Below, in pieces: positions 9,325 through 19,670 of a stretch of DNA of 64,000 nt. A program made the translations under genes and the position numbers. The first letter of the stretch is position 1. Each line of letters opens with the position of its first letter. Where the stretch lies: assembly GCA_049695115.1 (NCBI GenBank), contig JBAVRP010000040.1:10040-74039 (forward strand). Reading direction: 5' to 3'. Below the pieces are notes generated by a model. The model searched no databases. It worked only from the letters and a program-made list of their open reading frames with translations, and was not told the origin of the DNA. Origin of the DNA: Burkholderiales bacterium. GTDB taxonomy: Bacteria; Pseudomonadota; Gammaproteobacteria; Burkholderiales; JBEEJL01.

Positions 9325-10503
9325 TTAATTATTCGCGCGGGCTTCGAGTATCTCGACCGCAGGCAATTTTTTGCCTTCAAGGAATTCCAGGAAGGCTCCG
9401 CCGCCGGTAGAGATATAGTCTATCTTAGTTTCAATGCCATACTTCGCTATAGCTGCGACGGTATCGCCGCCACCGGCGAGTGAAAATGCTTTGGAATCGG
9501 CTATCGCCAGTGCGATAGTTTTAGTGCCTTCGCCGAACTGGTCGAATTCGAATACGCCGACCGGGCCGTTCCATACAATCGTTCCGGCCTTGGCGAGTTG
9601 TTGCGCGAGCATGGCCGATGTTTTCGGACCGATGTCGAGTATCAAATCATCATCGGCAACATTGTTTGCGTCTTTGATAGTCGCTATCGCGCTCGCGGCA
9701 AATTCTTTCGCGCACACCACATCAACCGGAATCGGCACCGATGCGCCGCGTTTGGCCATCATGTCGATAATCGTTTTGGCTTCGTTGACCAAATCCGCTT
9801 CGGCCAATGACTTGCCGATTTTCAAACCGGCGGCGAGCATAAAGGTGTTGGCAATGCCGCCGCCGACAATCAGCTTATCGACTTTTTCCGCCAGGGATTT
9901 CAGTATCGTCAGCTTCGTCGAAACTTTGGAACCTGCGACTATGGCGACCAGCGGATGCGCGGGGGCGTGCAAGGCTTTGCCCAGCGCGTCGAGCTCTGCC
10001 GCGAGCAAAGGGCCGGCACAAGCAATCGGCGCGAATTTCGCCATGCCGTGCGTGGTCGCTTCCGCGCGATGCGAAGTACCAAATGCGTCGTTCACGTACA
10101 CGTCGCACAACTTGGCCATTTTTTGCGCCAGCGTGTCGTCGTTTTTCTTTTCACCTTTGTTCATGCGGCAGTTTTCCAGCAACACCACCTGGCCGGGTTC
10201 TACATCGACGCCATCGACCCAGTCGCGCTTGAGTTCGACTGGCTTGCGTAGCAGTTCAGATAAACGTTTGGCGATCGGCGCGAGGGAATTTTCTGCGCTG
10301 AACACGCCTTCTTCCGGGCGCCCTAAATGGGAAGTTACCATCACGGCGGCATTTTGCTTCAACGCGAATTCAATGGCGGGGACGGAAGCGCGGATGCGCG
10401 TATCGTCGCCGATTTTACCGTCCTGTATCGGCACATTGAGGTCGGCGCGGATGAATACACGTTTATTGGAGATGTTGAGGGTTGAGAGTTTTTTGATATT
10501 CAT
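9325..10503 (-). CDS. pgk: phosphoglycerate kinase
   Basis: 392 aa with RADLNVP, the SHLGRP motif and the C-terminal [14 protein letters not shown]. Confidence 0.95.
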   Translation of the reverse strand: MNIKKLSTLNISNKRVFIRADLNVPIQDGKIGDDTRIRASVPAIEFALKQNAAVMVTSHLGRPEEGVFSAENSLAPIAKRLSELLRKPVELKRDWVDGVDVEPGQVVLLENCRMNKGEKKNDDTLAQKMAKLCDVYVNDAFGTSHRAEATTHGMAKFAPIACAGPLLAAELDALGKALHAPAHPLVAIVAGSKVSTKLTILKSLAEKVDKLIVGGGIANTFMLAAGLKIGKSLAEADLVNEAKTIIDMMAKRGASVPIPVDVVCAKEFAASAIATIKDANNVADDDLILDIGPKTSAMLAQQLAKAGTIVWNGPVGVFEFDQFGEGTKTIALAIADSKAFSLAGGGDTVAAIAKYGIETKIDYISTGGGAFLEFLEGKKLPAVEILEARANN

Positions 10504-10557
10504 GGCGTAGGTCTAAAACATTAACTACAGGGGTATTGAGTGCAACCAAAATAATTT

Positions 10558-10636
10558 GTCATCCTGAGGGCAGCGCCCGAAGAATCTGCTTTTATGCGTG
10601 GCGAAACAGCAGATTCCTCGCTTCGCTCAGAATGAC
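10558..10636. repeat. palindromic intergenic repeat, family GTCATYCTGAG...CTCAGRATGAC
   Basis: Arms are GTCATCCTGAGGGCAGCGCCCGAAGAATCTGCT and AGCAGATTCCTCGCTTCGCTCAGAATGAC around a 17-nt centre. It sits in the gap-pgk spacer. Confidence 0.75.
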
Positions 10637-10681
10637 GGTTTTGATTTTGTTTTTCTAAATGGCTCTGTGGTGAAAAGGTTT

Positions 10682-11692
10682 TTATTTGGCATGCATCAAA
10701 GCAACCGTCGTATCGAGCATACGGTTGCTGAAGCCCCACTCGTTGTCATACCAGCTCGATACTTTCACCAGGCGACCGGATACTTTAGTCAACGTGGAAT
10801 CAAACGTGCTCGATGCCGGGTCGTGGTTGAAATCAACTGACACCAGCGGCGCTTTGTTGTAATTCAGTATGCCTTTAAGCGAACCCAGCGACGCTTCTTT
10901 CATGATGGCGTTGACTTCATCCACTGTGGTGTCGCGCGCGGCGACGAAGGATAAATCAACGATGGACACGTTGATGGTCGGCACGCGTATCGCATAACCG
11001 TCGAGCTTGCCGTTGAGTTCCGGCAAGACTAAACCGACTGCCGCTGCCGCGCCGGTTTTGGTTGGGATCATGCTCATGGTGGCGGAACGCGCACGGCGCA
11101 AATCTTCGTGATACACGTCGGTGAGCACCTGGTCGTTGGTGTAAGCATGCACCGTGGTCATCAAACCATTCACCACGCCGATTTTGTCGTGCAAGGGTTT
11201 GACCATCGGCGCTAAACAGTTGGTGGTGCAGGATGCGTTGGAGATGACGGTGTGCGCAGCCTTCAGCACGTTGTGGTTTACGCCGTAAACGATGGTCGCA
11301 TCGACGTCAGCGCCACCGGGCGCGGAGATGATGACTTTTTTCGCGCCGCCGGTGATGTGCGCGCTGGCTTTGGCTTTTGTGGTAAACAGCCCCGTGCATT
11401 CGAGCACTACATCGACTTCATGCGCGCCCCAAGGAATTTCGGCCGGGTTGCGGATGGCGAACACTTTGATTTTGTCGCCGTTGACAACCATCGAATCGCC
11501 TTCGACGGAAATCGTGCCTTTGAATTTTCCATGGGCAGTGTCGTAGCGAGTGAGATGAGCGTTGGTTTCAGCGTTACCCAGATCGTTGATCGCCACGATA
11601 TTGATTTCTTTATTGCGGCCCGCTTCGTACAGCGCGCGCAACACATTGCGCCCGATGCGTCCGTAACCGTTGATAGCGACTCGTATTGCCAT
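10682..11692 (-). CDS. gap: glyceraldehyde-3-phosphate dehydrogenase
   Basis: [16 protein letters not shown]-terminus and the [12 protein letters not shown] active site. I chose ATG 11692 (AAGGAG 7 nt upstream) over the track's TTG 11698. Confidence 0.95.
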   Translation of the reverse strand: MAIRVAINGYGRIGRNVLRALYEAGRNKEINIVAINDLGNAETNAHLTRYDTAHGKFKGTISVEGDSMVVNGDKIKVFAIRNPAEIPWGAHEVDVVLECTGLFTTKAKASAHITGGAKKVIISAPGGADVDATIVYGVNHNVLKAAHTVISNASCTTNCLAPMVKPLHDKIGVVNGLMTTVHAYTNDQVLTDVYHEDLRRARSATMSMIPTKTGAAAAVGLVLPELNGKLDGYAIRVPTINVSIVDLSFVAARDTTVDEVNAIMKEASLGSLKGILNYNKAPLVSVDFNHDPASSTFDSTLTKVSGRLVKVSSWYDNEWGFSNRMLDTTVALMHAK

Positions 11693-11706
11693 GAACAAAC
11701 TCCTTA

Positions 11707-11721
11707 TTAATCAAATAGTTA
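11707..11721 (-). promoter_or_regulatory. AT-rich box copy (TAACTATTTGATTAA) before gap
   Basis: It lies 14 nt upstream of the gap ATG. The 3' part diverges into the RBS. Confidence 0.45.
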
Positions 11722-11788
11722 TTAATATAAACCGCTGTGTCTTTTAACCCTGATTTTGTATTCGTGACAATGAGGGAAATTCTTTATT

Positions 11789-13810
11789 TTACAGCAAGCC
11801 TTGCACGACATTCACGACATTCTCCGGCGTGAAACCGAACAATCTGAATAAATCATTCGCCGGTGCCGATTCGCCAAAGCGATCAATGCCGACCACGGCG
11901 CCGTCGAGGCCAACGTATTTGCGCCAGTAATCCGTCACCCCCGCCTCAATCGCCACGCGTTTTACGCCGGGTGTGAGCACGCTGTTTTTATATTTCACAT
12001 CTTGTTTGTCGAACACACTGGTGCACGGCATCGACACCACGCGCACGGTGATGCCTTGTTCGTCGAGTATTTTTTGCGCGGCGGTGGCGAGGCCGACTTC
12101 GGAACCCGTGGCTATCAGAATCACCCGCGGTACGCCACCTACCGCCTCGCGCAAAATGTAACCGCCGCGATGCATTTGTCCCAACGTCGCTTCGTCGCGC
12201 TTCTGGAACGGCAGATTCTGCCGGCTGAAAATCAGGCAACTGGGACCGTCATTGCGTTTAATGGATTGTGCCCATGCCGCCAATGATTCCACGGTATCGC
12301 AGGGACGCCACACGTCCATGTTGGGAATCAAACGCAACGACGAAGCCTGCTCCACCGCCTGGTGCGTAGGGCCGTCTTCGCCGAGGCCAATGGAATCATG
12401 GGTAAAGACAAACAGCACGCGCAGTTTCATCAGCGCCGCCATGCGCAAGGCATTGCGCGAATAATCGGCGAAGGTGAGGAAGGTGGCGCCATAAGGAATA
12501 AAGCCGCCGTGAAGCGCGAGGCCGTTCATCATCGCGCTCATGCCGAATTCGCGCACGCCGTAATAAATGTAATTGCCGCCGCTATTTTTTGAGACGCCTT
12601 TGGAGCCGGACCACAGTGTAAGATTCGACCCGGCCAGATCCGCCGAACCGCCAAGCAATTCCGGTAACACAGGCGCAATACCTTCGATGACGTTTTGCGA
12701 GGCTTTGCGCGTGGCGATAGTTTCCGCTTTTTCCACGGTTTTTATCATCAGCTCATGCACATGATCTTGCCAATTTCCCGGCAATTCGCCCGCCATGCGA
12801 CGCTTGAATTCAGCGGCCAGTTTCGGCTGGTCGCTTTCGTAAGCGAGAAATTTCAGATTCCATTCCGCTTCGAGGCTTGCGCCTTTTTTGCTTCCGTTCC
12901 ATAGCGAATAAATTTCCTGCGGAATTTCAAACGGCGGATATTTCCAGCCTAGCGCTTCGCGCGTCGCGGCGATTTCTTCCGCGCCGAGCGCTTCGCCATG
13001 GGCCTTGGCGGTGCCGGCACGATTGGGCGCGCCTTTGCCAATAACCGTCTTGCAGCAGATCAAGGTCGGCTTGTGGACGTTAGCGTTGTTTTTCGCCTGG
13101 CGAATAGCAGCGTCGATGGCGTCGGCGTTGTGCCCATCCACATTCGGAATCACCTGCCAGCCGTAGGCTTCAAAACGTTTCGGCGTGTCGTCGGTAAACC
13201 AGCCTTGCACTTTGCCGTCGATGGAAATGCCGTTGTCGTCGTAAAAACAAATCAGTTTGCCCAGGCCCAGCGTGCCGGCGAGCGAACAGGCTTCATGCGA
13301 TATGCCTTCCATCATGCAGCCGTCTCCGAGGAAAACGTAGGTGTAGTGATTGACGATTTCCAATCCCGTCTTGTTGAATTCCGCGGCGAGTATCTTTTCC
13401 GCCAGTGCCATGCCCACCGCGTTGGTGATGCCTTGCCCCAGCGGGCCGGTGGTGGTTTCCACACCGGACGTCATGCCGTATTCGGGATGGCCGGGGGTTT
13501 TGGAATGCAGTTGGCGGAAATTTTTTAATTCTTCAATCGATAAATCGTAGCCACTTAAATGCAGCAACGCATACAGCAGCATGGAACCGTGGCCGTTGGA
13601 CACGACGAAACGATCGCGATCCGCCCATTGCGGGTTCGCCGGGTTGTGGCGCAAATGCCCGCGCCATAATACTTCGGCAATTTCCGCCATGCCCATCGGC
13701 ATCCCCGGATGGCCGGAGTTGGCTTTTTGCACGGCGTCCATGGCGAGTGCGCGAATGGCGTTGGTGACATCCTGTTGCGGCGTGGAGATGTTAGCTTGCG
13801 GTGCATTCAT
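11789..13810 (-). CDS. tkt: transketolase
   Basis: 673 aa with [18 protein letters not shown] and the [15 protein letters not shown] motif. Confidence 0.95.
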   Translation of the reverse strand: MNAPQANISTPQQDVTNAIRALAMDAVQKANSGHPGMPMGMAEIAEVLWRGHLRHNPANPQWADRDRFVVSNGHGSMLLYALLHLSGYDLSIEELKNFRQLHSKTPGHPEYGMTSGVETTTGPLGQGITNAVGMALAEKILAAEFNKTGLEIVNHYTYVFLGDGCMMEGISHEACSLAGTLGLGKLICFYDDNGISIDGKVQGWFTDDTPKRFEAYGWQVIPNVDGHNADAIDAAIRQAKNNANVHKPTLICCKTVIGKGAPNRAGTAKAHGEALGAEEIAATREALGWKYPPFEIPQEIYSLWNGSKKGASLEAEWNLKFLAYESDQPKLAAEFKRRMAGELPGNWQDHVHELMIKTVEKAETIATRKASQNVIEGIAPVLPELLGGSADLAGSNLTLWSGSKGVSKNSGGNYIYYGVREFGMSAMMNGLALHGGFIPYGATFLTFADYSRNALRMAALMKLRVLFVFTHDSIGLGEDGPTHQAVEQASSLRLIPNMDVWRPCDTVESLAAWAQSIKRNDGPSCLIFSRQNLPFQKRDEATLGQMHRGGYILREAVGGVPRVILIATGSEVGLATAAQKILDEQGITVRVVSMPCTSVFDKQDVKYKNSVLTPGVKRVAIEAGVTDYWRKYVGLDGAVVGIDRFGESAPANDLFRLFGFTPENVVNVVQGLL

Positions 13811-13930
13811 GGAAGGCCTGTTTATGGAGTATTAGATGCTGCGATTTTATCATTTAAGCATTATTACTTTCGCTAACGAATGCTTATACCGAACTTAAAC
13901 AAATGCTTACTCTGTATCGATTGATTTTGT

Positions 13931-14713
13931 TCACTTATTTTTTTGTATCCAGGTTTTCCACGCCGCAAACACTTCGGGATGCAAGGCCGCGACAACAGAT
14001 CGCGTCCACACTTCGTCGGCCCAGAAATCATCGTTATCCAGTGTACACATTTTTCCCCCTGCTTCCGTGAGAACCAGCGAACCAGCGGCGTAATCCCATA
14101 ATTTTTGTCCGCCATGCAAATACACGTCGAAGCGCCCCGCCGCCACATAACACCAATCCAGCGTGCTCGCGCCGAAATTTCTGGCGGATGAATACGGCGG
14201 ATGTGCTGCGAGCCCGGCGGCGAGTTTTTCATCGAGACGTTTGAGGTCGATTTCCGCTACGGCTTCGCGTAGTGCCGGCTCCCGTTCTTTAATCGGCAGT
14301 TCGACGCCGTTGAGAAATGCGCCTTTGCCTTTTTCCGCGTAAAAAATTTCATCGGCCACAGGATCGTACACCGCGCCCATAATGGATTGATGATCTTTCA
14401 TTAGCGCCACCGAAATGGCGAAATAAGGAATGCCGTTAACGAAATTGGTCGTGCCGTCGATGGGATCGACGCACCACAGCGCAGTGCGATTATCGCGCCA
14501 GATTTGTTTTTGCTCTGCCTCGGTCATTTCTTCGCCGAGCACAGGACAATCGAGAATTTTTTTCAGGCTGATTTTCAGCGCAGCTTGTGCGGCATGGTCA
14601 GCTTGGGTGGATAAGCTGCCGTCGGCTTTGCGCTCGTGCGCCACCTTGAGATAGCGCGGCATGATTTCTTCGCGCGCGACGGCTTTGACTGCCTGAATAA
14701 GCTGTTTGAGCAT
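13931..14713 (-). CDS. inositol monophosphatase family protein (SuhB/CysQ-like)
   Basis: WCVDPIDGTTNF and VLGEE motifs. I chose ATG 14713 (MLKQLIQAV...) over the longer track ORF. Confidence 0.85.
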   Translation of the reverse strand: MLKQLIQAVKAVAREEIMPRYLKVAHERKADGSLSTQADHAAQAALKISLKKILDCPVLGEEMTEAEQKQIWRDNRTALWCVDPIDGTTNFVNGIPYFAISVALMKDHQSIMGAVYDPVADEIFYAEKGKGAFLNGVELPIKEREPALREAVAEIDLKRLDEKLAAGLAAHPPYSSARNFGASTLDWCYVAAGRFDVYLHGGQKLWDYAAGSLVLTEAGGKMCTLDNDDFWADEVWTRSVVAALHPEVFAAWKTWIQKNK

Positions 14714-14819
14714 TTTGAGAACAAACCATCCGCCGAACTGCGCTGCGGACAAAATAGCAGGTAAAATAAAGCGCTATTCTACCATGCGGCATTGAATTAA
14801 CCTTGTCCGCCAAAACAAC

Positions 14820-15548
14820 ATGACGCCGCGTCTCTATTGTCCTGATAATCTTTCCATTGCCGTGCGAATCAGCCTGCCCGACTCGGCTGCGCATCACGTC
14901 GCGCGTGTATTACGCTTACGCATCGGCGATACCGTCACATTATTCGATGGCAGCGGCGGCGAATACGCTGCCAGCATTCACGAGTTGAATAAAAATCAGG
15001 TAGTCGTCGATGTGGGCAAATTCAACCCCGTCGAGCGCGAATCACCATTGCGCGTTACGCTGGCGCAGGGATTGTCCGTCGGTGACAAAATGGACGACAC
15101 GCTGCAAAAAGCGGTGCAGCTCGGCATCGCCGAATTCGCACCTATCGACACGCAAAAAAGTATCGTGCGCCTGACCGACGAACGCGCACAAAAACGCTTG
15201 CAACATTGGCGGCAGGTTACCCTCGCTACTTGTGAACAATGCGGGCGCAACCGATTGCCGCAGGTGCATGAAGTGATGTCGTTTAACGATTTTGTCGTTT
15301 CTGCTGATGTAAAAGCCACGCGCCTGCTGCTTTCTCCCCGAGGCGAGTCTTCGTTGAATCAATTGAAAAAACCTATGGACGAAATTATTTTGCTTTGCGG
15401 CCCGGAGGCCGGATTTTCTGACGACGAAGAAGCGTTTGCCGTCAAAAGTGGATTCGCGCGCGTGCGCCTGGGCCCGCGCGTGTTGCGCACGGAGACCGCC
15501 GCCGTGGCTGCCCTCGCCGCCATGAATGCGCTCTGGGGCGATTATTAA
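14820..15548 (+). CDS. rsmE: 16S rRNA (uracil1498-N3)-methyltransferase
   Basis: 242 aa. RsmE-like N-terminal PUA region (HHVARVLRLRIGD) and C-terminal LLCGPEAGFSDDE...LGPRVLRTETA. Confidence 0.9.
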   Translation: MTPRLYCPDNLSIAVRISLPDSAAHHVARVLRLRIGDTVTLFDGSGGEYAASIHELNKNQVVVDVGKFNPVERESPLRVTLAQGLSVGDKMDDTLQKAVQLGIAEFAPIDTQKSIVRLTDERAQKRLQHWRQVTLATCEQCGRNRLPQVHEVMSFNDFVVSADVKATRLLLSPRGESSLNQLKKPMDEIILLCGPEAGFSDDEEAFAVKSGFARVRLGPRVLRTETAAVAALAAMNALWGDY

Positions 15549-15599
15549 GCAGCCGCCATTTCGACGTATAATTCATTTATTCTGGATTCAGGACTGCCG

Positions 15600-16970
15600 A
15601 TGACCGCTTCTGCCCAACCGATACCTGCCGGCAACGAGCCGCAAGCACAATTCAAAACCGAAGCGTTTGTGCAATGGTTCCGCTCGGCTGCGCCTTATAT
15701 CAACTCGTTCCGCGACAAAACCTTCGTCATCGCTTTCGGCGGCGAAGTGGTGTCCGACGGAAAATTCTGGGAGCTGACGCACGACATCAATTTGCTTGCG
15801 GCGCTGGATGTTCGCATCGTGCTGGTGCACGGCGCGCGCCCGCAGGTGGAATTCCAGATGAATGAGCGCGGCATCGAAACCAAATTTATCAATGGCCGCC
15901 GTGTCACTGACGCCGCAGCGTTGACCAGCGTAATGGAAGCCTGCGGCACCTTGCGCGTGGAAATCGAAGCGCTGTTTTCCGTCGCGATGGCGAATACGCC
16001 GATGCAGGGTGCGGACATCCGCGTAGCGTCGGGCAATTTCATCACCGCCAGACCTATCGGCGTGGTCGATGGCGTCGATTACATGCAGACCGGCGAAGTA
16101 CGCAAAATCGATGTGGTCGGTATCAACCGCCGCCTGGAACAACAGGAAGTTGTGCTGTTATCTCCGCTTGGTTACTCGCCGACCGGCGAAGTATTTAACC
16201 TGACCATGGAAGACGTAGCGACCACGACGGCAATCGAACTCAAAGCCGACAAACTCATTTTCCTCATGGACACCAACGGCGTCAGCGACAGTCGTGGCAA
16301 CTTGTTGGAAGAACTGACGGCGAAAGAAGCGGAAACTTTACTCGCCGAAAACTCAGCAAACTTATCCGAAGACGCGCGCATTTATTTGCCCTCGGCAATC
16401 AAGGCGTGCAAAAAAGGCGTCGGCAGAACGCACTTGATTACGCGGCATATGGACGGCGCATTGCTGATGGAATTATTCAGCCGCGACGGCATCGGCACCA
16501 TGGTCACGCAACACTCGCTGGAAAATTTACGCCAGGCGACCATCGACGACGTCGGTGGATTATTGCAAATCATCGAGCCTCTGGAAGAACAAGGCATCCT
16601 GGTCAAGCGCGGGCGCGAAGTATTGGAAACCGAAATCGGCAACTTCGCCTTGCTCGAACACGACGGCATTATCATCGGCTGCGCCGCTCTGTATAAATTT
16701 CCCGATCAAGTGTCCGCCGAACTCGCCTGTCTCGCCGTCACACCCGATTTCCGCAGCGCCGGTCGCGGCGAACGCTTGCTCAACCACATGGAAAAACTCG
16801 CCGTCAGCCAAGGCATCAAAAAATTATTCGTGCTCTCCACGCGCACCATGCACTTTTTTCTCGAACGCGGCTTCACCGAAACCGACGTGTCGCAATTGCC
16901 AGAGAAAAAACAAATGCTCTACAACTACGAACGCCGCTCGAAAATATTTCTCAAATCTATCGGTGTTTGA
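15600..16970 (+). CDS. argA: amino-acid N-acetyltransferase (N-acetylglutamate synthase)
   Basis: 456 aa with the FVQWFRSAAPYINSFRDKTFVIAFGGE kinase-like domain plus a C-terminal GNAT domain. Confidence 0.9.
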   Translation: MTASAQPIPAGNEPQAQFKTEAFVQWFRSAAPYINSFRDKTFVIAFGGEVVSDGKFWELTHDINLLAALDVRIVLVHGARPQVEFQMNERGIETKFINGRRVTDAAALTSVMEACGTLRVEIEALFSVAMANTPMQGADIRVASGNFITARPIGVVDGVDYMQTGEVRKIDVVGINRRLEQQEVVLLSPLGYSPTGEVFNLTMEDVATTTAIELKADKLIFLMDTNGVSDSRGNLLEELTAKEAETLLAENSANLSEDARIYLPSAIKACKKGVGRTHLITRHMDGALLMELFSRDGIGTMVTQHSLENLRQATIDDVGGLLQIIEPLEEQGILVKRGREVLETEIGNFALLEHDGIIIGCAALYKFPDQVSAELACLAVTPDFRSAGRGERLLNHMEKLAVSQGIKKLFVLSTRTMHFFLERGFTETDVSQLPEKKQMLYNYERRSKIFLKSIGV

Positions 16971-16978
16971 TTATAATT

Positions 16979-16997
16979 TAACTATTTGATTATATTG
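16979..16997 (+). promoter_or_regulatory. AT-rich box copy (TAACTATTTGATTATATTG) before yggX
   Basis: Exact consensus, 8 nt upstream of the yggX ATG. It is preceded by a partial duplicate TTTGATTATAAT that overlaps the argA stop. Confidence 0.55.
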
Positions 16998-17005
16998 AGG
17001 TTTTT

Positions 17006-17278
17006 ATGTCACGCATGATACAATGTATTAAACTAAAACGCGAAGCCGAAGCATTAGATTTCCCGCCCTACCCCGGCGAACTCGGCAAACGCATTTTCGA
17101 AAGCGTTTCCAAAGAAGCGTGGAAGCAATGGCTCGAACAACAAAAAATGTTGGTCAACGAAAACCGCCTGAATCTTTCCGACATCAAAGCCAGAAAATAT
17201 TTAGCCGAACAAATGGAAAAACATTTCTTCGGCGAAGGCGCTGAAGTGGCGCAAGGATATGTACCGCCAGCAAAATAA
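17006..17278 (+). CDS. yggX: Fe(2+)-trafficking / oxidative damage protection protein YggX
   Basis: 90 aa: [31 protein letters not shown]...W..WL..Q.MLVNE.RLN. This matches YggX along its whole length. Confidence 0.9.
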   Translation: MSRMIQCIKLKREAEALDFPPYPGELGKRIFESVSKEAWKQWLEQQKMLVNENRLNLSDIKARKYLAEQMEKHFFGEGAEVAQGYVPPAK

Positions 17279-17281
17279 AAA

Positions 17282-17301
17282 GTAGGGTGCGCCGCGCGCA
17301 C
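17282..17301 (+). repeat. solo REP (GTAGGGTGCGCCGCGCGCAC)
   Basis: Identical to the REP at 46248..46267 next to the RAYT gene. GTAG head plus a GTGCGC-CGC-GCGCAC hairpin. Confidence 0.7.
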
Positions 17302-17309
17302 CATGCCAA

Positions 17310-17963
17310 CTATATAGTTCTCACGCCGTCCTTCGATCCCAGTAACACCACATCCGCCGGTCTGCGCGCGAAAATACCGTTGCAGACTACGCCGGTGATT
17401 TGGTTGATGGCGGTTTCGAGTTCGACCGGATTGAGAATTTTCAGGCCATGCACGTCGAGTATCACATTGCCGTTGTCGGTCACGACACCTTCGCGGTAAT
17501 GCGGTTGGCCGCCGAGCTTGACCAGTTGCCGTGCGACGTAGCTGCGCGCCATAGGGATGACTTCTACCGGCAGCGGGAAATTTCCCAGCACGCTCACCAG
17601 TTTTGATGCGTCGGCGATGCAAACGAATTTTTTGCTTGCGGCAGCGACAATTTTCTCGCGCGTGAGCGCTGCGCCGCCGCCCTTGATCATGGCACGCTGT
17701 TCGTTCACCTCGTCTGCTCCGTCTATATAAACATCAAGCTCGATGACGCTATTGAGCTCTTGCACCGGGATGCCTGCCGCGCGCAATAATTTGGCGCTGG
17801 CTTCGGAGCTGGCCACCGTGCCGTTGATGCGCGCTTTTATTTTCGCCAGTTCGGCGATAAAAAAATTCACCGTCGAGCCGGTTCCCACGCCGATGATGCC
17901 GTCATCCGGCACATATTTGATCGCCGCTTTGGCGACGGCTTGTTTGAGTTCGTCTTGTGTCAT
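17310..17963 (-). CDS. rpiA: ribose-5-phosphate isomerase A
   Basis: 217 aa with GVGTGST, DGADEV and [11 protein letters not shown] motifs. Confidence 0.95.
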   Translation of the reverse strand: MTQDELKQAVAKAAIKYVPDDGIIGVGTGSTVNFFIAELAKIKARINGTVASSEASAKLLRAAGIPVQELNSVIELDVYIDGADEVNEQRAMIKGGGAALTREKIVAAASKKFVCIADASKLVSVLGNFPLPVEVIPMARSYVARQLVKLGGQPHYREGVVTDNGNVILDVHGLKILNPVELETAINQITGVVCNGIFARRPADVVLLGSKDGVRTI

Positions 17964-18075
17964 GCTGTTCTCCTCGTATTGGCCGACAGCATAGCCTTAC
18001 GTGCTGGCTTCTGCAAAGCGGCGTTTCCTGTTAATCTTTCACTCTGCTCATATCGTTGAAAACTATAAGATTCCC

Positions 18076-19587
18076 ATGACTACCGATTATCTCGAAATGA
18101 TTTTGAATGCGCGCGTTTATGACGTGGCGATAGAAAGCCCATTGCACGATGCGCCGAAACTCTCCGCGCGATTGCAAAACCGTGTTCTGTTGAAACGCGA
18201 AGATTTGCAGCCGGTGTTCTCGTTCAAGCTGCGTGGTGCGTATAACAAAATGGCGCATCTTTCCAAAGAACAACTCAAGCGCGGCGTCATTTGCGCATCG
18301 GCGGGCAATCACGCGCAAGGTGTCGCGCTGGCTGCGCAAAAACTCGCCTGCACGGCAACGATAGTGATGCCGGCGACCACGCCGGAAATAAAAGTCGATG
18401 CGGTGACGGCGCGCGGCGCGAAAGTAGTGCTCCTTGGTGACTCGTTTGACGAGGCGTTTGCGCACTCACAAAAACTCCTTAAAAAACATAATCTTACCTA
18501 CATACATCCATTCGATGATTCGCTGGTGATTGCAGGCCAGGGGACCATCGGCGCGGAAATTCTGCGTCAGTTCAATGGGCCGATAGAAGCGATATTCGTC
18601 GCCATCGGCGGTGGCGGTTTGATGGCGGGTATTGCGGCGTATGTGAAACGCCTGCGCCCGGAAATCAAACTCATCGGCGTCGAGCCATTCGACGCCGATG
18701 CGATGTATCGTTCACTCAAAGCCGACAAGCGCGTAGTTCTGCCGCATGTGGGTTTATTCGCCGATGGTGTGGCGGTGAAACAAGTGGGCGAAGAAACTTT
18801 TCGCATTTGCCGCGGGTTGGTCGATGAAGTGATCCTGGTCGATACCGAAGCGATCTGCGCGGCGATGAAAGACATGTACGACGACACGCGCTCTATCGTC
18901 GAGCCTGCTGGTGCACTGGGTATCGCGGGCGCGAAGGCATATGTTGCGCGGGAAAAAATCAAAAACAAAAACCTGGTGGCGATAGCCTGCGGCGCGAATA
19001 TGAATTTCGACCGGCTGCGTTTTGTCGCCGAACGCGCGGAACTCGGCGAGCGGCGCGAGGCCATACTCGCCGTCACCATCCCGGAGACGCCAGGCAGCTT
19101 TAAACATTTTTGTTCGCTGCTGGGCAAACGCAATATCACCGAATTCAATTATCGCTACTCCGATAAGCGCGAGGCGCATGTGTTTGTCGGCGTGTCGGTG
19201 CAGCAAGCCAGCGATACGAAAAAACTGCTGACGGAATTACGCCGCAACGGATTAAAGGTGCTGGATTTGTCCGACAATGAAATGGCCAAATTGCACGTGC
19301 GCCATCTGGTCGGCGGCCGCGCGCCGAATGCGGCGCATGAAATGCTGTATCGATTCGAGTTCCCCGAGCGCCCCGGCGCATTGATGAATTTCCTGAATAA
19401 AATGGGGCACAACTGGAATATCAGTTTGTTTCACTACCGCAATCATGGTGCCGATTACGGCCGCGTGTTAGTTGGTTTGCAAGTGCCGCCGAAAGAGAAG
19501 GCGGCGTTCAAGGAGTTTCTGAAAACTCTTGGCTATGCGTATGCCGATGAGAGCGGCAACCCGGCATACGATTTGTTTTTGGGGTAA
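18076..19587 (+). CDS. ilvA: threonine ammonia-lyase (biosynthetic threonine dehydratase)
   Basis: MTTDYLEMILNARVYD start, the PVFSFKLRGAYN PLP-lysine motif, and two C-terminal ACT-like regulatory repeats. Confidence 0.95.
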   Translation: MTTDYLEMILNARVYDVAIESPLHDAPKLSARLQNRVLLKREDLQPVFSFKLRGAYNKMAHLSKEQLKRGVICASAGNHAQGVALAAQKLACTATIVMPATTPEIKVDAVTARGAKVVLLGDSFDEAFAHSQKLLKKHNLTYIHPFDDSLVIAGQGTIGAEILRQFNGPIEAIFVAIGGGGLMAGIAAYVKRLRPEIKLIGVEPFDADAMYRSLKADKRVVLPHVGLFADGVAVKQVGEETFRICRGLVDEVILVDTEAICAAMKDMYDDTRSIVEPAGALGIAGAKAYVAREKIKNKNLVAIACGANMNFDRLRFVAERAELGERREAILAVTIPETPGSFKHFCSLLGKRNITEFNYRYSDKREAHVFVGVSVQQASDTKKLLTELRRNGLKVLDLSDNEMAKLHVRHLVGGRAPNAAHEMLYRFEFPERPGALMNFLNKMGHNWNISLFHYRNHGADYGRVLVGLQVPPKEKAAFKEFLKTLGYAYADESGNPAYDLFLG

Positions 19588-19603
19588 TGAATTTACCCGG
19601 CTC

Positions 19604-19635
19604 AAAAGCATATCCTTCGCTTCGCTCAGGATGAC
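19604..19635 (+). repeat. half unit of the GTCATYCTGAG palindromic repeat family
   Basis: AAAAGCATATCCTTCGCTTCGCTCAGGATGAC is nearly identical to the half unit at 37916..37948. No partner arm is present. Confidence 0.6.
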
Positions 19636-19640
19636 AACTC

Positions 19641-19670
19641 AAATAAGCCACCGCATGCGGTGGCTTATTT
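19641..19670. terminator. bidirectional intrinsic terminator
   Basis: Perfect 30-nt palindrome AAATAAGCCACCGCA/TGCGGTGGCTTATTT between the convergent ilvA and aldehyde dehydrogenase genes. Confidence 0.75.

Noticed and set aside
6814-10510. Long plus-strand ORFs (331, 376, 195 and 358 aa) opposite fba, pyk and pgk.
   Set aside because: They are mirror-frame ORFs inside strongly conserved minus-strand genes. Their translations are low-complexity (Arg/Ala/His-rich) with no recognisable motifs, whereas the minus frames carry textbook active-site motifs.
10521-10840. Track ORFs of 72 and 80 aa in the pgk-gap spacer.
   Set aside because: They are translations of the palindromic repeat (…SERSEESAVSPRIKADSSGAALRMT…), and the same peptide-like strings arise wherever the repeat occurs.
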